DNA of 64,000 nucleotides from Hormiphora californensis (lineage: Eukaryota > Animalia > Ctenophora): NCBI GenBank assembly GCA_020137815.1, contig CM035361.1, positions 1,612,001 to 1,676,000 of the forward strand. Reading direction: 5' to 3'. Under the pieces are notes generated by a model that saw only the letters and a list, made by a program, of their open reading frames with translations, did not search any database and had not been told where the DNA came from. The position numbers and the translations under genes were made by a program. This document shows, piece by piece, positions 63,446 through 64,000 of this stretch (positions within the stretch are counted from its first letter, which is position 1; every line of letters begins with the position of its first letter).

Positions 63446-63981
63446 CTCTCTCTCTCTTTCTCTCTCACCCGCCCCCCTCTCTCTCTCTCTCCCCTGACCC
63501 CAGCATCCTCTCACTCTCTCCAGGTCTTGCTAGCCTCAGCGTCTATCCCTGGTAACCCTCTCACTAAGGCCCGTGCCAATGGATCTCTCAACATTCTATC
63601 TGATGTTATACCAGAACACAGCCAGGGCTCAGCGGACCCAAAACGAGATTTACAGAGACACAAGGTAACGAATTGTAAACTCAGTTTTATCAAACTGAGG
63701 CCTGAGCTAGTCCTATTTCTTCACTTCAGATCATACATTGTTCCGTGTTAACCAAAACATTGTTCCGTGGTAACCATGGTAACCATTGTAACCAATACAT
63801 TGTTCCATACAGTAACCGTGAATCACCCCTCTCTCAGGAGATCATTACCAAGGCGGTATCTGGATCCCTACTACTGCTGCTAAAACACTTCCGCGTTAAC
63901 CACATCCTACAGTTTGAGTTTGTGTGTCAGTACATGTTCTATGCTAACTGTATTCCACTCGTTCTAAAGTTTCTCAACCAG
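50835..63981 (+). CDS. STRIP: Striatin-interacting protein (STRIP1/2, FAM40); continues beyond the window
   Basis: Phase-consistent exons 50835-51003, 51167-51340, 57124-57269, 57421-57524, 60883-60994, 61212-61352, 61753-61832, 61965-62129, 62232-62382, 63524-63664, 63838-63981; motifs ELAELYSYSE, LYLLQG, PIKK.TLLYWK, LPWRPKAR..DIEM, RHKEIITKAVS..LLLLLKHFRVNH, ANCIPLVLKF. Confidence 0.93.
51385..57133 (+). repeat. 42-bp satellite, about 137 copies; each unit is CTAAT branch-like motif + pyrimidine tract + CAG + first 10 nt of STRIP exon 3
   Basis: Unit CCCAGGYTTTYACAACTGTCCTAATCCTACCCTCCCCCTACT; the last unit runs into GCTTTTACAACAATGCT of exon 3. Confidence 0.97.
57945..58506 (-). mobile_element. 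Helentron-associated interspersed element (HINE/DINE-1-like), copy 1
   Basis: Subterminal IR TTTCCCTGCCC / GGGCAGGGAAA; hairpin GCATTATG..CATAATGC beside the AACAAG terminus; strong hairpin CCGGGTGAATGCC-TTC-GGCATTCACCCGG at the other end; no TSD. Confidence 0.7.
58551..59767 (-). CDS. Nested antisense gene: 133-aa secreted H-type-lectin-like protein
   Basis: Exons 59641-59767, 58770-58907, 58551-58687 (402 nt, GT-AG, in frame): MLRIVSLVLLAMALVSA-DVVLVNDNDGTEGRSLCVRTCSGTTGMGDTNWVDYQTDGMYTKIDMTECEFVAPPNVVTTLNGKSSHWRAKGGSATYGITETSFRVYVDTAEAGTTRQEAKDYHWSITWIAVGYAC*. The gene model is firm; the fold assignment is inference. Confidence 0.85.
59017..59464 (+). mobile_element. HINE-like element, copy 2, inverted relative to copy 1
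   Basis: TTTTTTCCCTGCCC start; GGCAGGGAAA + GCATTATGTT-AG-AACATAATGC hairpin + CTTGTT end. Confidence 0.7.
60132..60240. mobile_element. 109-bp hAT-like MITE
   Basis: TIR CAGGAACCGACCGAAT; 8-bp TSD GTCTGCAG/GTTTGCAG with one mismatch. Confidence 0.88.
61365..61772 (+). repeat. Irregular C-rich array with five copies of the STRIP exon-7 acceptor plus about 19 exon nt
   Basis: YAG/GTTCTCCAGCCCCGTTACCC-like units with AG ending at 61454, 61573, 61638, 61692, 61752. Confidence 0.85.
62613..62686 (-). tRNA. tRNA-like sequence (anticodon TGT), probably a pseudogene or element-borne
   Basis: Cloverleaf: GGCGAGG/CCTCGCC acceptor stem, GCTC/GAGC D arm, GTCGG-TTCGAGC-CCGGC T arm, T5 downstream; but A33 instead of U33, a 27-43 mismatch, and no Thr C2-G71 pair. 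Confidence 0.6.
62830..63135. repeat. 32-bp tandem repeats (TGTAGATCACACACTTGTAGAGAGATATATCT) inside a larger local duplication
   Basis: Direct reading. Confidence 0.8.
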
Positions 63982-64000
63982 GTAATCCTTTAGAGTTCAG

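Overview
Intron-rich, microsatellite-rich animal genomic DNA. It is most likely from a cydippid ctenophore such as Pleurobrachia; this is an inference from a recognisable CAGGAACCGA-ended MITE and a small secreted WIAVGYxC protein. I assembled exons by hand. Minus-strand genes: a MARK/Par-1 kinase (runs off the left edge, with several candidate alternative first and last exons), a SPATA48/SPMIP7-like ciliary protein, and a CHST11-like sulfotransferase. Plus-strand genes: a repeat-rich membrane-protein candidate, then DHPS, two tandem SHOC2-like LRR genes, METTL18 and STRIP1/2 (runs off the right edge). A complete three-exon secreted H-type-lectin-like gene, absent from the ORF track, lies antisense inside a STRIP intron; its exons 2-3 are bracketed by two inverted Helentron-type (HINE) elements. 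Non-autonomous transposons are numerous (Tc1/mariner, PIF/Harbinger, piggyBac, MULE-like, hAT-like, CR1-like LINE remnants). The most striking pattern is that tandem repeats recurrently amplify gene punctuation. About 137 copies of a 42-bp branch point + acceptor + exon-start unit fill almost all of one STRIP intron, and the last 12 are in frame with the exon. Acceptor arrays or duplicates occur in three other introns, donor sites are duplicated twice, and a 29-bp satellite supplies a stop codon. A few single-base frameshifts in homopolymers suggest assembly indel errors, so frame-based claims need read support.
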